A DNA stretch of 20,000 nt from sequence record DRR723986_6745; one strand, written 5' to 3'. Both the position numbers and the translations under genes were made by a program. The notes below the pieces were generated by a model. The model made no database searches and had not been told where the DNA came from. It saw nothing but the letters and a program-made list of their open reading frames with translations. This document shows positions 1 to 9,100 of the stretch, piece after piece (within the stretch, counting starts at the first letter, position 1; each line of letters starts with the position of its first letter).

Positions 1-1
1 T

Positions 2-535
2 GACCTGTTGCTTTTGGATTGGATGCTACCCTTAAAAAGTGGTGTTGAAGTTTGTCGCGAATTTCGAAAGCAATTTCCAAGTACCCCTGTTATTTTTCTT
101 ACGGCAAAAGACACCGTAGATGAAACCATTACTGGTTTGCAATCCGGAGCGAACGATTACATCAAGAAACCCTTTCATTTCGACGAATTATTGGAGCGAA
201 TACGGGTACAATTGAGAACAAAGGTGGTTTCTGAAGAAAAATATGTCCTTGGACCAATTACTCTTTTTACGGACAGGCATCAAGTTTTTAAGAATGAAGA
301 AGAGATTCAGCTGACACAAAAAGAATTTGCTTTGCTGGAATACCTGATGAAAAACAAGAATCAGGTTTGCCGACGCACCCAGATTATCGAGGATGTTTGG
401 GATATTCACTTCGATTATAATACAGGTGTGATTGACGTTTTTATGAATTCCCTCCGGAAAAAGCTCCACTTTACCACCAATGAAGATTACATACAGACTA
501 TCCGTGGGGTAGGGTATATTGCGAAGGATTTATGA
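2..535 (+). CDS. OmpR/PhoB-family response regulator (CusR/CzcR-like), 5'-truncated by the window edge
   Basis: The frame is open from base 2 (DLLLLDWMLP, phosphoacceptor Asp). It has receiver motifs FLTAK and GANDYIKKPF, and winged-helix motifs LTQKEFALL, VIDVFMNSLRKKL and TIRGVGY. Its stop overlaps the kinase start (ATGA). Confidence 0.95.
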   Translation, partial: DLLLLDWMLPLKSGVEVCREFRKQFPSTPVIFLTAKDTVDETITGLQSGANDYIKKPFHFDELLERIRVQLRTKVVSEEKYVLGPITLFTDRHQVFKNEEEIQLTQKEFALLEYLMKNKNQVCRRTQIIEDVWDIHFDYNTGVIDVFMNSLRKKLHFTTNEDYIQTIRGVGYIAKDL

Positions 536-1899
536 TTATTTCATACAAGGAACGCATAGCGAGTAGGTTAACTTTAGTCACAGCCATGATCGTATTGGTT
601 GTGTTTGCGATTATCTATTTGGTGGTGGATTTTACTGTGGTCCAAAGTATAGATCGTGAGCTCAAGCTGGAGACCGATAAGCACGTAGGGCAGATTTTCC
701 TGGTGGATGGCGAGATTCGTTTTGTGCACAAGGATGAGTGGCAGGAGCAGGAGCATAGCCAGATTCAGCTCAATCCGATTTTCATTGAGATTGTAGATAT
801 GCAGGGAAATTCCATGGATAAATCGCCGAATCTTGGTGAGAATCACCTGAGTTTCTCTGGAGATAAAAGAGAGAAAAATGAAGCCTGGACTTTAAAAACC
901 GGTGGCAGGGAAGTTCGACAGATGCAAATCCCCCTTAATCATGCGGGGAAAAGAGAGGGGTTTATGTTGGTGGCAAAGTCTTTTGAGGATGCCAGGCAGT
1001 TGCTTACCAACCTTAGAAATATCCTACTCATACTATATCCCGGTATACTCATTTCCCTGTTTTTGTCGATGAGGTTTCTAGCAGGGAAAAGTATCCAGCC
1101 TATTCAAAAAATCATTCAGAAGACCAATCTTATTTCGCAGAGCAATTTAAATGAGAGAATTCCTGTAGCCGAACCCAATGATGAGATTGCCCAGCTTACC
1201 AGATCGATTAATGAATTACTAGCCAGATTAGAACAAGCATTGACCCGCGAGAAGCAGTTCACTTCTGATGCTTCGCACGAGCTGAGAACTCCCTTGGCAG
1301 TGATGCGGGGGACATTAGAAGTGCTTATTCGCAAGCCGAGAACTTCCGAGGAGTATGTGGAAAAAGTCAAATTGGCTTTAGAAAGCATAGATCGCATGTC
1401 AGAGATGATCGATCAGTTGCTTTCTCTGGCTAGAGTTGGAAAAGGGAAAATGGTGCGGGATGAGGTTGAGTTAACTTCGTTTACACAAGCTTTTGCACAG
1501 CAATCAGCAGAGGAGTCTGGTCGAGAAATCCTATTTGAAACAAATCTTTCTAAACCGATTTTCCGGCTTGTCAATGAAAAGTCACTTCAGATGATTTTGA
1601 ACAATCTCCTACAAAATGCCATCAAATACTCTTCCTCCTCTTCTAAAATTATTATGCAAGTAGGAAGTCATGAAGGGGCTCCATTTATTTTGGTAAAAGA
1701 TGAAGGGAAAGGTATTACAAGTGATTCTTTAGCAAAGATTTTTGATCCATTTTATAGGGAACTTGATGAAACTGGCGCCGCGGTTCCAGGCACAGGCCTA
1801 GGTCTTGCAATAGTAAAAAAACTCGCTCTCGAATCCGAAATACAAGTGGAGGTAGAAAGTGAAAAAGGTAGAGGAAGCATCTTCAGATTGATTTTTTAG
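532..1899 (+). CDS. Membrane sensor histidine kinase (HAMP-HisKA-HATPase; CusS/CzcS-like)
   Basis: Two TM segments, a HAMP region (ERIPVAEPNDEIAQLTRSINELL), H-box SHELRTPL, N-box NLLQNAIKY, G1 DEGKGI, F-box FDPFYR and G2 GTGLGLAI. Confidence 0.95.
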   Translation: MIISYKERIASRLTLVTAMIVLVVFAIIYLVVDFTVVQSIDRELKLETDKHVGQIFLVDGEIRFVHKDEWQEQEHSQIQLNPIFIEIVDMQGNSMDKSPNLGENHLSFSGDKREKNEAWTLKTGGREVRQMQIPLNHAGKREGFMLVAKSFEDARQLLTNLRNILLILYPGILISLFLSMRFLAGKSIQPIQKIIQKTNLISQSNLNERIPVAEPNDEIAQLTRSINELLARLEQALTREKQFTSDASHELRTPLAVMRGTLEVLIRKPRTSEEYVEKVKLALESIDRMSEMIDQLLSLARVGKGKMVRDEVELTSFTQAFAQQSAEESGREILFETNLSKPIFRLVNEKSLQMILNNLLQNAIKYSSSSSKIIMQVGSHEGAPFILVKDEGKGITSDSLAKIFDPFYRELDETGAAVPGTGLGLAIVKKLALESEIQVEVESEKGRGSIFRLIF

Positions 1900-1908
1900 T
1901 AATCAAGT

Positions 1909-1964
1909 TTAAGGCAATCTTAAGAGAGATTTTAGGGCATTGAGAAGGTAATAGTACATTTTTG
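1909..1964 (+). promoter_or_regulatory. Putative response-regulator binding repeats and a weak -7 box upstream of the RND gene
   Basis: TTAAG (1909), TTAAG (1920) and TTTAG (1931) are spaced exactly 11 bp apart. CATTTTTG (1957-1964) is one mismatch from the Bacteroidota TAnnTTTG -7 box. Confidence 0.55.
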
Positions 1965-1986
1965 TGATTCAATTATTACCTCCCGT

Positions 1987-4900
1987 ATGTTAGATAGAAT
2001 CATTCAATGGAGCATAGGGCATAAGCTCATCATATTCATTTTTATAGCCGCCTGGATAGGTTTTGGGGTTTTTGCGCTGAGTAATCTTCCCATAGGAGCA
2101 GTCCCAGATGTGACTACAAATCAAGTACAGGTGATTACCACCTCTCGAAATCTTGCGACAGAGGATGTAGAAAAATACCTGACCTACCCAGTGGAGTTGG
2201 AAATGGCCAATCTCCCTGGTATCATAGAAATCCGTTCCGTTTCTAAGTTTGGATTGTCAGTAGTTACCATTGTATTCGAAGATAAAATGGGGACCTACCT
2301 CCCGAGACAGTTGATCGCTGAGCGGATCAAAATGGCTGAAAAGAGTATTCCGGCTGGCTTTGGGACTCCGACAATGGGGCCTATTTCTACTGGTCTCGGT
2401 GAGATTTATCAATATGTGATTGATGTAGAACCTGGCTACGAAAATGAGTATAGCACGACAGATCTTAGAACTATTCAGGATTGGGTAGTCAGAAGGCAGC
2501 TTTCTGGAATCGAAGGTGTTGTAGAAGTAAATACCTGGGGTGGATTCCTCAAGCAATACGAAGTTGCGATCAACCCTGAGCGATTGAAAGGCATGCAAAT
2601 CGACATCGCTGATGTGTTTCATGCCATGGAAAAAAATAACTCTATCGCAGGTGGTGGCTATATTGAAAAGACCAATGAAAGCTTTTTCATTCGTGGTGAA
2701 GGTCTCGTTTCCAGTTTAGAAGATATTGGGAATATAGTAGTCGAAGTAAGAAACGGCGCGCCAGTTTATATAAAGGATATTGCTGAAGTGGGGTTTGGCC
2801 ATGCAAATAGATTTGGTGCTATCACAGCAAACGGAGAAGGAGAAAAAGTGCTTGGTCAGGTGATGATGCTGAAAGGTGCTGATTCCAAAGGGACCATAGA
2901 CCGTGTGAAAGAACGCTTGGAAGAAATGAAGAACTCTCTTCCTGAAGGTGTGGTGATAAACGGGTTTCTAGATCGTTCTGAACTAATAGGAAGAACCACT
3001 TTTACAATTGCGGAAAACCTGATTCTAGGTTGCTTGATTGTAGTCTTTGTGGTGGTATTGTTGCTTGGTAATCTCAGGTCGGGATTGGTAGTTGCCTCCG
3101 TGATTCCATTGGCGTTACTTTTTGCCCTGTCCATGATGTATCTCTTCGGTGTAGATGCCAACCTGATGAGTTTGGGGGCGATTGACTTCGGGATTATCAT
3201 CGATGGAGCGGTGATTATTGTGGAATACATTGCCTATCAATTTACCCGTGCCGATCACCAACTTGCTGGAGTTTCTGCCCTCAAAAAGCAGCAAGCAAAG
3301 GATGAAATATCCTTCAATGGAGCTTCGAAAATGATGCATTCTGCCATTTTTGGACAGATCATTATCATCATCGTATTTATCCCGATTTTATCACTTACCG
3401 GGGTGGAGGGAAAAATGTTCCGACCTATGGCGGAAGTGTTTTCCTTTGCTTTGGTTGGCGCTATGATTTTGGGATTGACTTATGTTCCAGTCGTTTCAGC
3501 CCTATTCCTAAAGACCACTCCTCCGGGTCCAAAGAATATCTCTACACGAATTATTAATGCAATAAACAAGGTGTATGAACCAGCGATTACCTGGGCCTTG
3601 GATCATACCAAAGTAGTACTGATTTCTGCTTTTGGGCTTTTGGTGGGAGCAATCATGATTTTTGCCACCATGGGGTCCGAATTTGTGCCTACACTGGATG
3701 AGGGGGATTTTGTGATTCAGCCATTTTTGAAAACTGGAACTACGCTCACCAATACAGTGGAAACGATCACGGAGATTGAAAACATTCTCAAACAATTTTC
3801 TGAGGTAAAGCAGGTAGTGACTAGGATTGGTGCGGCGGAAATCCCGACTGATCCCATGTCCATGGAAGAAAGTGATGTAATCGTGACATTGAAGCCCCGT
3901 TCGGAATGGACCACTGTGGAAACCAAAGATGAGTTGGCAGAGAAATTCAAAGAAGCGCTGGAAGTGATTCCAGGAATGGAATATGAATTTACCCAGCCCA
4001 TAGAGATGCGATTCAATGAATTGATCACAGGTGTGCGAGCTGATTTGGCGATCAAAGTTTTTGGGGAAGACTTGGATGTGTTGCTTTCTACAGCTCAGGA
4101 AATCGAAGCTGCAATACAGGGTGTAGAAGGTGCAGCGGATATTATTCTGGAAAAAGTGGATGGTTTGCCACAAATGAAAATCGAATACAACCGTGGTAAA
4201 ATTGCCAAGTTTGGATTGAATATTTCAGACCTGAATGAAGTCGTTACTATGGGATTTGCGGGGATGACGGCTGGGACGGTTTTCGAAGGTGAAAAGCAAT
4301 TTGACCTGGTGGTGAGATTTGCGGAGCCTTTCCGCAAGGACATCAAAAATCTGGAACAAGCTTCCATTCAGCTTCCCAATGGGGGTTCTGTACCTCTTTC
4401 AGAATTAGCGACTATCAGCTATACCAAAGGACCTGCGAAAATCTCCCGGGATAATACCCAACGCCGAGTAGTAATCGGCGTGAATGTGCGAAATCGTGAC
4501 TTACAATCTGTAGTAGATGATATTCAGGCTATTGTAAATAATCAGATTGAGTTGCCGGAAGCCTATCTGGTGGATTATGGGGGGCAGTTTGAAAACCTTC
4601 AGAAAGCCAGAAACAGACTCATGGTTGCTGTTCCAGTGGCGCTACTCCTGATTTTCATTCTCTTATATTTTGCTTTTTCGTCTTCAAGGGACGCGCTGAT
4701 GATTTACTCGGCCATTCCACTTTCTGCCATAGGAGGAGTGCTTTTGCTGTGGGCGAGGGATATGCCATTCAGTATTTCTGCAGGCGTAGGATTTATCGCA
4801 CTTTTCGGAATAGCCGTACTGAATGGAATCGTACTTATCGAACATTTCAAATCCATGGAATCACATTATACCAATATCAAAGACTTGGTGATTAGAGGAG

Positions 4901-6312
4901 CCAAAGAGCGGTTGAGACCGGTTTTGCTTACTGCCTCAGCGGCTGCACTTGGCTTTTTGCCAATGGCAATCTCCAATTCCGCAGGTGCAGAAGTTCAGCG
5001 TCCACTAGCAACGGTGGTAGTTGGAGGTCTGATTTCAGCCACCTTCCTAACCCTAATTGTACTTCCTGTATTGTACGTTTTATTCAAAACTAAAACAGGA
5101 GGTCCCTCATCTACTTCCAAAAAAGTCTTGGCTTCCTTGGTACTGATTTCAGTGTTTTCTTTTACTGCTACTGCGCAGGAAACTCCGATGACATTGGAAC
5201 GGGCAATTGAGAGAGGGATGGAGCAAAATCTCAACCTTCAGGCTGCCAACAAATCCCTGGAGATGGCGAATGCCAAGATCGGCCAAGGCTGGAATCTGGA
5301 TAAGACTAATGTGTATTATTCCGAAGATAAAAATGACATCGCTGAAAACGGGGTTTACAACAGAAAGTGGGGGATAAGTCAAACGCTTGCTTTTCCTACG
5401 CTTTATGGCGCTCAGAAAAACGCCTTGGAAGCAGGGGCCGAGATGCAGCTCAGTCAGTTTGAGCTGCAAAAGAGAAAGCTGGAAGGTCAAATAAGCAAAG
5501 GCTTCATTGAAGTGAGGTATTGGCAGGATTTGATCCAAAACTACGACTACTTAGATTCACTTTATGCGGAGTTTTCCCGAGCTGCCTCGCGAAAATTTGA
5601 AACCGGAGAAAGCAATTACCTGGAGAAGCTGACTGCTGAAGGAAAGCGTCAGGAGATCAGTCTGAAGAAATCTGAGGCCAACGAGAATTACCTGATGGCC
5701 ATGGATGAGTTGAAGCTTCTACTGAATTGGGAGGGCGAGTTGGTGCTCGCTGAGGAAGCGATTGACTTTGAAACTTCTTTGATGCAGGACTGGTCCTCAC
5801 ACCCAGGCGTGGCCTATTATGAAAGTGCTGTGACTCAATCCGGGTATCAGATTCAGACCGAAAAGCGAAAGCTTCTCCCTGACATTAACTTGGATGTGTT
5901 TCGCGGGACAAACCCAGGAGCGAATGCTAAAGTCTACCCTGGCTTTCAGGCGGGATTGTCAATTCCGCTCTTTTATGGAGCTCAAAAAGCAAATGTGCAA
6001 AGCAGTGAATTCCAGCAGCAAAAGATCCAATTGGAAGCGGAGCAATACAGAAACCAGCTGGAAAACCGTGCTCAGCAATTGCACAGAAAGCTGGATCAGA
6101 ACATCCGAGTGATTACCTATTACGAGGAAGAAGGCAAAACGCTTTCGCTTCAGATCCTAGAACAGGCCCGGAGATCCTATCAAGAGGGAGAAATTGATTT
6201 TCTCCAGTATGTGCAGTTAATGGAGAACTCTAGGACGATCACCTTGCAATACCTGCAGAGCAAATTTGCTTATCAACAAACTATTTTGGAAATCAACTAC
6301 CTTCTGAACTGA
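1987..6312 (+). CDS. czcA: CusA/CzcA-family heavy-metal efflux RND transporter with fused C-terminal TolC/outer-membrane-factor domain
   Basis: Residues ~1-1035 are an RND permease (AVPDVT, TYPVE, GLGEIYQY, SLGAIDFGIIIDGAVIIVE, GVEGKMFRPMA, GFIALFGIAVLNG, RLRPVLLTA, GAEVQRPLATVVVGG). The AIDFG..DG motif is the CzcA (divalent cation) type. Residues ~1064-1441 carry OEP/TolC-like motifs (LLPDINL, GLSIPLF, YQEGEIDFL). Confidence 0.93.
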   Translation: MLDRIIQWSIGHKLIIFIFIAAWIGFGVFALSNLPIGAVPDVTTNQVQVITTSRNLATEDVEKYLTYPVELEMANLPGIIEIRSVSKFGLSVVTIVFEDKMGTYLPRQLIAERIKMAEKSIPAGFGTPTMGPISTGLGEIYQYVIDVEPGYENEYSTTDLRTIQDWVVRRQLSGIEGVVEVNTWGGFLKQYEVAINPERLKGMQIDIADVFHAMEKNNSIAGGGYIEKTNESFFIRGEGLVSSLEDIGNIVVEVRNGAPVYIKDIAEVGFGHANRFGAITANGEGEKVLGQVMMLKGADSKGTIDRVKERLEEMKNSLPEGVVINGFLDRSELIGRTTFTIAENLILGCLIVVFVVVLLLGNLRSGLVVASVIPLALLFALSMMYLFGVDANLMSLGAIDFGIIIDGAVIIVEYIAYQFTRADHQLAGVSALKKQQAKDEISFNGASKMMHSAIFGQIIIIIVFIPILSLTGVEGKMFRPMAEVFSFALVGAMILGLTYVPVVSALFLKTTPPGPKNISTRIINAINKVYEPAITWALDHTKVVLISAFGLLVGAIMIFATMGSEFVPTLDEGDFVIQPFLKTGTTLTNTVETITEIENILKQFSEVKQVVTRIGAAEIPTDPMSMEESDVIVTLKPRSEWTTVETKDELAEKFKEALEVIPGMEYEFTQPIEMRFNELITGVRADLAIKVFGEDLDVLLSTAQEIEAAIQGVEGAADIILEKVDGLPQMKIEYNRGKIAKFGLNISDLNEVVTMGFAGMTAGTVFEGEKQFDLVVRFAEPFRKDIKNLEQASIQLPNGGSVPLSELATISYTKGPAKISRDNTQRRVVIGVNVRNRDLQSVVDDIQAIVNNQIELPEAYLVDYGGQFENLQKARNRLMVAVPVALLLIFILLYFAFSSSRDALMIYSAIPLSAIGGVLLLWARDMPFSISAGVGFIALFGIAVLNGIVLIEHFKSMESHYTNIKDLVIRGAKERLRPVLLTASAAALGFLPMAISNSAGAEVQRPLATVVVGGLISATFLTLIVLPVLYVLFKTKTGGPSSTSKKVLASLVLISVFSFTATAQETPMTLERAIERGMEQNLNLQAANKSLEMANAKIGQGWNLDKTNVYYSEDKNDIAENGVYNRKWGISQTLAFPTLYGAQKNALEAGAEMQLSQFELQKRKLEGQISKGFIEVRYWQDLIQNYDYLDSLYAEFSRAASRKFETGESNYLEKLTAEGKRQEISLKKSEANENYLMAMDELKLLLNWEGELVLAEEAIDFETSLMQDWSSHPGVAYYESAVTQSGYQIQTEKRKLLPDINLDVFRGTNPGANAKVYPGFQAGLSIPLFYGAQKANVQSSEFQQQKIQLEAEQYRNQLENRAQQLHRKLDQNIRVITYYEEEGKTLSLQILEQARRSYQEGEIDFLQYVQLMENSRTITLQYLQSKFAYQQTILEINYLLN

Positions 6313-7472
6313 TGAAGAATCACACCTTAAAATCAATCTTTTCTGCTTCCCTTTTGGCGAGTAGCTTGTTTTTCTTTCAATGCACAGGATCTGGTACATC
6401 CGAATCCGAAGGAGTGGAAGTGGAGGCGGGAACAACTTCAGGACCTTTCATTACTGTCTCGCAGAAGCAATTTGAGACGATGAAAATGACTTGGGGAAGT
6501 CCTAAACTCGAGGAGTTTTCAGAGGGAATTTCCGTGCAAGGCATGGTAAAAGTTCCGGTAGAGGGTATTCAGGAGATTTCGGCTTATTTCGGTGGCTACG
6601 TAAGTGGTTTGAATAAACTCGAAGGTGAGCCTGTAAGAAAAGGAGAAGTGCTTTTCTACTTGGAAAACACAGACTTCATCCGTTTGCAGCAGGATTATCT
6701 GGAGACAAGCAGTCAACTGAATTACCTAAAAGCAGAATACGAACGACAAAAGACCTTATTTGGGGAGAAAATCGCTTCACAGAAAAACTTCCTTAAAGCT
6801 GAAGCTGATTTTCAGGCTACCAAAGCCAAGGCAGAAAGCTTGAAACGTCAATTGGCTTTAATTAATATCAACGCTGATCAGTTGAAGCCAGAGAATATTC
6901 GTTCTAAAGTTCCCGTTTTATCACCAATTGCAGGTTTTGTTGATGGGATTCATTTGGTGCAGGGCTCATTTTTGTCGGTGGGGGGGAAAGCAATGACTAT
7001 TATCAGTAAAGAGCATTTGCATATAGAATTGGTGGTGTTCGAAAAAGATGCTGCAAATATCCATAAAGGTCAAAAAGTACTCGTTACCATTCCAGATCTT
7101 CCAGGCAAGACCTTGGAAGCTGAAGTATTTGTCGTAGGTCAGTCGATCAATAATGAGCGTCAGATCAATGTGCATGCGCATTTGCCGGATGAAAAAGAGG
7201 AAGCTTTACTTTTTCCAGGAATGTTCTTGGAGGCGAAATTAATTCAGGATCCAAAAGAAGCTTGGGTTGTTCCGGTCACTGCTGTGGTGGTGTCGGAAGG
7301 AGAAAGCTATGTGCTGGTACAACGGGAAAAGTCTGAAGCTGGGTATAGACTGGAAAAAGTCCCGGTGGTGACAGACTTGGAAAGCGATGGGATGATAGAG
7401 CTTTTGCCAAATGCTTCATTTGATGCCAATACAGTGATTCTTACCAAAGGAGGATTCAATTTGTTGCCTTAG
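6312..7472 (+). CDS. Efflux RND periplasmic adaptor (membrane fusion protein, CzcB/CusB-like), probable lipoprotein
   Basis: N-terminal hydrophobic stretch ending FFFQC, lipoyl-like halves (GEPVRKGEVL; VLSPIAGFV), a coiled-coil hairpin and LFPGMFLEA. It is translationally coupled to the RND gene (TGATG overlap). Confidence 0.92.
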   Translation: MKNHTLKSIFSASLLASSLFFFQCTGSGTSESEGVEVEAGTTSGPFITVSQKQFETMKMTWGSPKLEEFSEGISVQGMVKVPVEGIQEISAYFGGYVSGLNKLEGEPVRKGEVLFYLENTDFIRLQQDYLETSSQLNYLKAEYERQKTLFGEKIASQKNFLKAEADFQATKAKAESLKRQLALININADQLKPENIRSKVPVLSPIAGFVDGIHLVQGSFLSVGGKAMTIISKEHLHIELVVFEKDAANIHKGQKVLVTIPDLPGKTLEAEVFVVGQSINNERQINVHAHLPDEKEEALLFPGMFLEAKLIQDPKEAWVVPVTAVVVSEGESYVLVQREKSEAGYRLEKVPVVTDLESDGMIELLPNASFDANTVILTKGGFNLLP

Positions 7473-7579
7473 GTTTATAACCTCAGAGTTGATTTAGTTC
7501 GAATAGTTTTGCTTTTGGTGAGCAATAATCCATGGCTTAGCTGGATTACGTCGGAATAGATAAACCTTTTGTGAGCTAG

Positions 7580-7621
7580 TAAGCCCGGTAATAGCGATGC
7601 CTATTACCGGGCTTATTTTTT
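7580..7621 (+). terminator. Rho-independent terminator of the efflux operon
   Basis: Perfect 15-bp stem TAAGCCCGGTAATAG / CTATTACCGGGCTTA with a 6-nt loop, followed by TTTTTT. Confidence 0.9.
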
Positions 7622-7710
7622 ACGAACTGGATTTTATTCAAAACCATCTCAAAATAGGCAAATTCATTCTATGATAATCTTCTTGTAATGCCCCTTCTCC
7701 TGCTTAAGAT

Positions 7711-7718
7711 TACTTTTG
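7711..7718 (+). promoter_or_regulatory. Putative Bacteroidota -7 promoter element
   Basis: TACTTTTG matches TAnnTTTG, about 48 nt upstream of the likely ATG at 7766. Confidence 0.45.
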
Positions 7719-7765
7719 GTAACTTGTCTTTTCACATATCAATTTTCAAAATCTCAAAGAAAACC

Positions 7766-8860
7766 ATGTTTAAGAAATCAATCATATGGGCTGCTTTTGC
7801 ATTACTCATTATTCAAACAGCGAAGGTGGAGGCTCAGGAATACAAAACTGAAAATCTTATTCTGATCACTTTGGATGGCATGAGGTGGCAGGAAGTGTTC
7901 ACAGGGGCGGATTCCTTGCTGGTGGATGATACTGGAATGATTGAGACGCCTGGTTCCTTATTACCTGATTTTTGGGAAGTGAATCCAAATAAGCGCAGGG
8001 AGATGCTATTTCCCTTTTTATGGAATACCATTGCTAATCATGGTCAAATCTATGGTAACCGAGCTTATGGTAATATGGTAAATAACAGTAATGCTTTATG
8101 GTTTTCCTATCCGGGTTACAATGAAGTGTTAAGTGGTTTTGCGGATGATAAACGAATTACCAGCAACGATAAAATCAACAATCCAAATGTGACTTTTCTG
8201 GAGTATTTAAACCAGAAACCTGAGTTCAAAGGAAAAGTACTGGCCTTTGGGTCATGGGATGTTTTTCCTTACATAATAAATGAAGAGCGTAGCGGAGTAC
8301 CAGTAAATGCTGGTTTTGATATTGCAGAAGGTGATAACCTAAGCCCTGAAGAATTGCTGACCAATAAAATGCAATCCGAAATCCGTGGTCCATGGGGAGG
8401 CGTGAGATTGGATGTCTTCACGCAGAATTATGCTATGGCGGCTTTGAAATATCAGAAGCCAAGAGTACTATATATATCTTATGGAGAGACGGATGATTGG
8501 GCGCACGAAAATCACTACGATCAGTACCTTTGGTCAGCCAAACAAACAGATGCCTATATCAAAGAAATCTGGGATTTCGTGCAATCAGACCCACAGTACA
8601 AAGACAAGACTACCTTGATCATCACTACAGATCATGGGCGTGGTACGAGCAAAACTTCTTGGAGAGGTCACGGCTCATCTATTCCAGATGCAGGACAAAT
8701 CTGGATGGCGGCTATAGGGCCGGATACCCCAGCTACAGGAGAAATGAAGGTACAAGGGCAATGGCAATCAGCCATGATCGCACGCACTATTTTCAAATTG
8801 CTAGGAATGGATTATCCAGATGAAAAAGCTGGGAAAGTAATAGAAGAGATGGTGAAGTAG
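7766..8860 (+). CDS. Secreted alkaline-phosphatase-superfamily enzyme (phosphatase/phosphodiesterase/phosphoglyceromutase-like)
   Basis: Metal ligands in LITLDGMRW, a nucleophile region FSYPGY, and GETDDWAH and TTDHG motifs. The start was moved from 7688 to ATG 7766, which gives a signal peptide MFKK...VEA|QE. Confidence 0.85.
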   Translation: MFKKSIIWAAFALLIIQTAKVEAQEYKTENLILITLDGMRWQEVFTGADSLLVDDTGMIETPGSLLPDFWEVNPNKRREMLFPFLWNTIANHGQIYGNRAYGNMVNNSNALWFSYPGYNEVLSGFADDKRITSNDKINNPNVTFLEYLNQKPEFKGKVLAFGSWDVFPYIINEERSGVPVNAGFDIAEGDNLSPEELLTNKMQSEIRGPWGGVRLDVFTQNYAMAALKYQKPRVLYISYGETDDWAHENHYDQYLWSAKQTDAYIKEIWDFVQSDPQYKDKTTLIITTDHGRGTSKTSWRGHGSSIPDAGQIWMAAIGPDTPATGEMKVQGQWQSAMIARTIFKLLGMDYPDEKAGKVIEEMVK

Positions 8861-8876
8861 TTGATTTATTAATCAC

Positions 8877-8895
8877 AAAGACCTGCAAGGTCTTT
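8877..8895 (+). repeat. Short palindrome (possible terminator or REP-like unit)
   Basis: AAAGACCT-GCA-AGGTCTTT forms a perfect 8-bp stem 16 nt after the phosphatase stop. Confidence 0.55.
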
Positions 8896-8925
8896 CGGAA
8901 GATGCAATGGCAAGAGTGAAAATAA

Positions 8926-9100
8926 TTTGGCTAAAGCCGTTCTCTACTACAATCAAATTTCAAATGAAGGGGCTAAAACCAGATTCCTATTCAATTGGGG
9001 TTCTTTTTATAGAACGTGATGCAATAGGGTTTTTTCGATTAGCCTCCTGCTTTAGCTGGAGGTAGATGAAAAGTGTTAGAATTTTAGGGTTTTGGCCGAA
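8926..9100. repeat. Degenerate REP/MITE-like intergenic element built from GCTAAAGC-type motifs
   Basis: TTTGGCTAAAGCC (8926-8938), GGGGCTAAAACC (8969-8980), palindrome CCTCCTGCT-TT-AGCTGGAGG (9043-9062) and GGGTTTTGGCCGAA (9087-9100, an imperfect inverted copy of the first motif). Confidence 0.55.

Noticed and set aside
8..535. TTG at position 8 as the regulator's start
   Set aside because: The frame is open to the window edge and the receiver domain lacks its first ~45 residues, so the true start lies upstream.
5101..5200. czcA-tolC fusion as a sequencing artefact (lost stop codon)
   Set aside because: The frame is continuous with a natural linker, there is no Met before the signal-like segment, and such fusions are known in Bacteroidota.
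2257..5538. Many antisense ORFs inside czcA (for example 3508-4173, 221 aa), and similar ones inside other genes
   Set aside because: They lie entirely opposite or within well-supported genes and show no recognisable motifs. They are shadow ORFs.
7471..7570. NiCo (czcD) riboswitch
   Set aside because: It lies 3' of the metal-efflux genes rather than in a leader, and I cannot see the conserved four-way-junction nucleotides. I kept it only as a generic structured-RNA candidate.
7675..7690. Pho-box-like TAATC-N6-TAATG upstream of the phosphatase
   Set aside because: It is only two short AT-rich units, which cannot be told from chance without comparative data.
7688..7765. N-terminal extension of the phosphatase ORF
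   Set aside because: It overlaps a TAnnTTTG box, and the signal peptide starts at ATG 7766.
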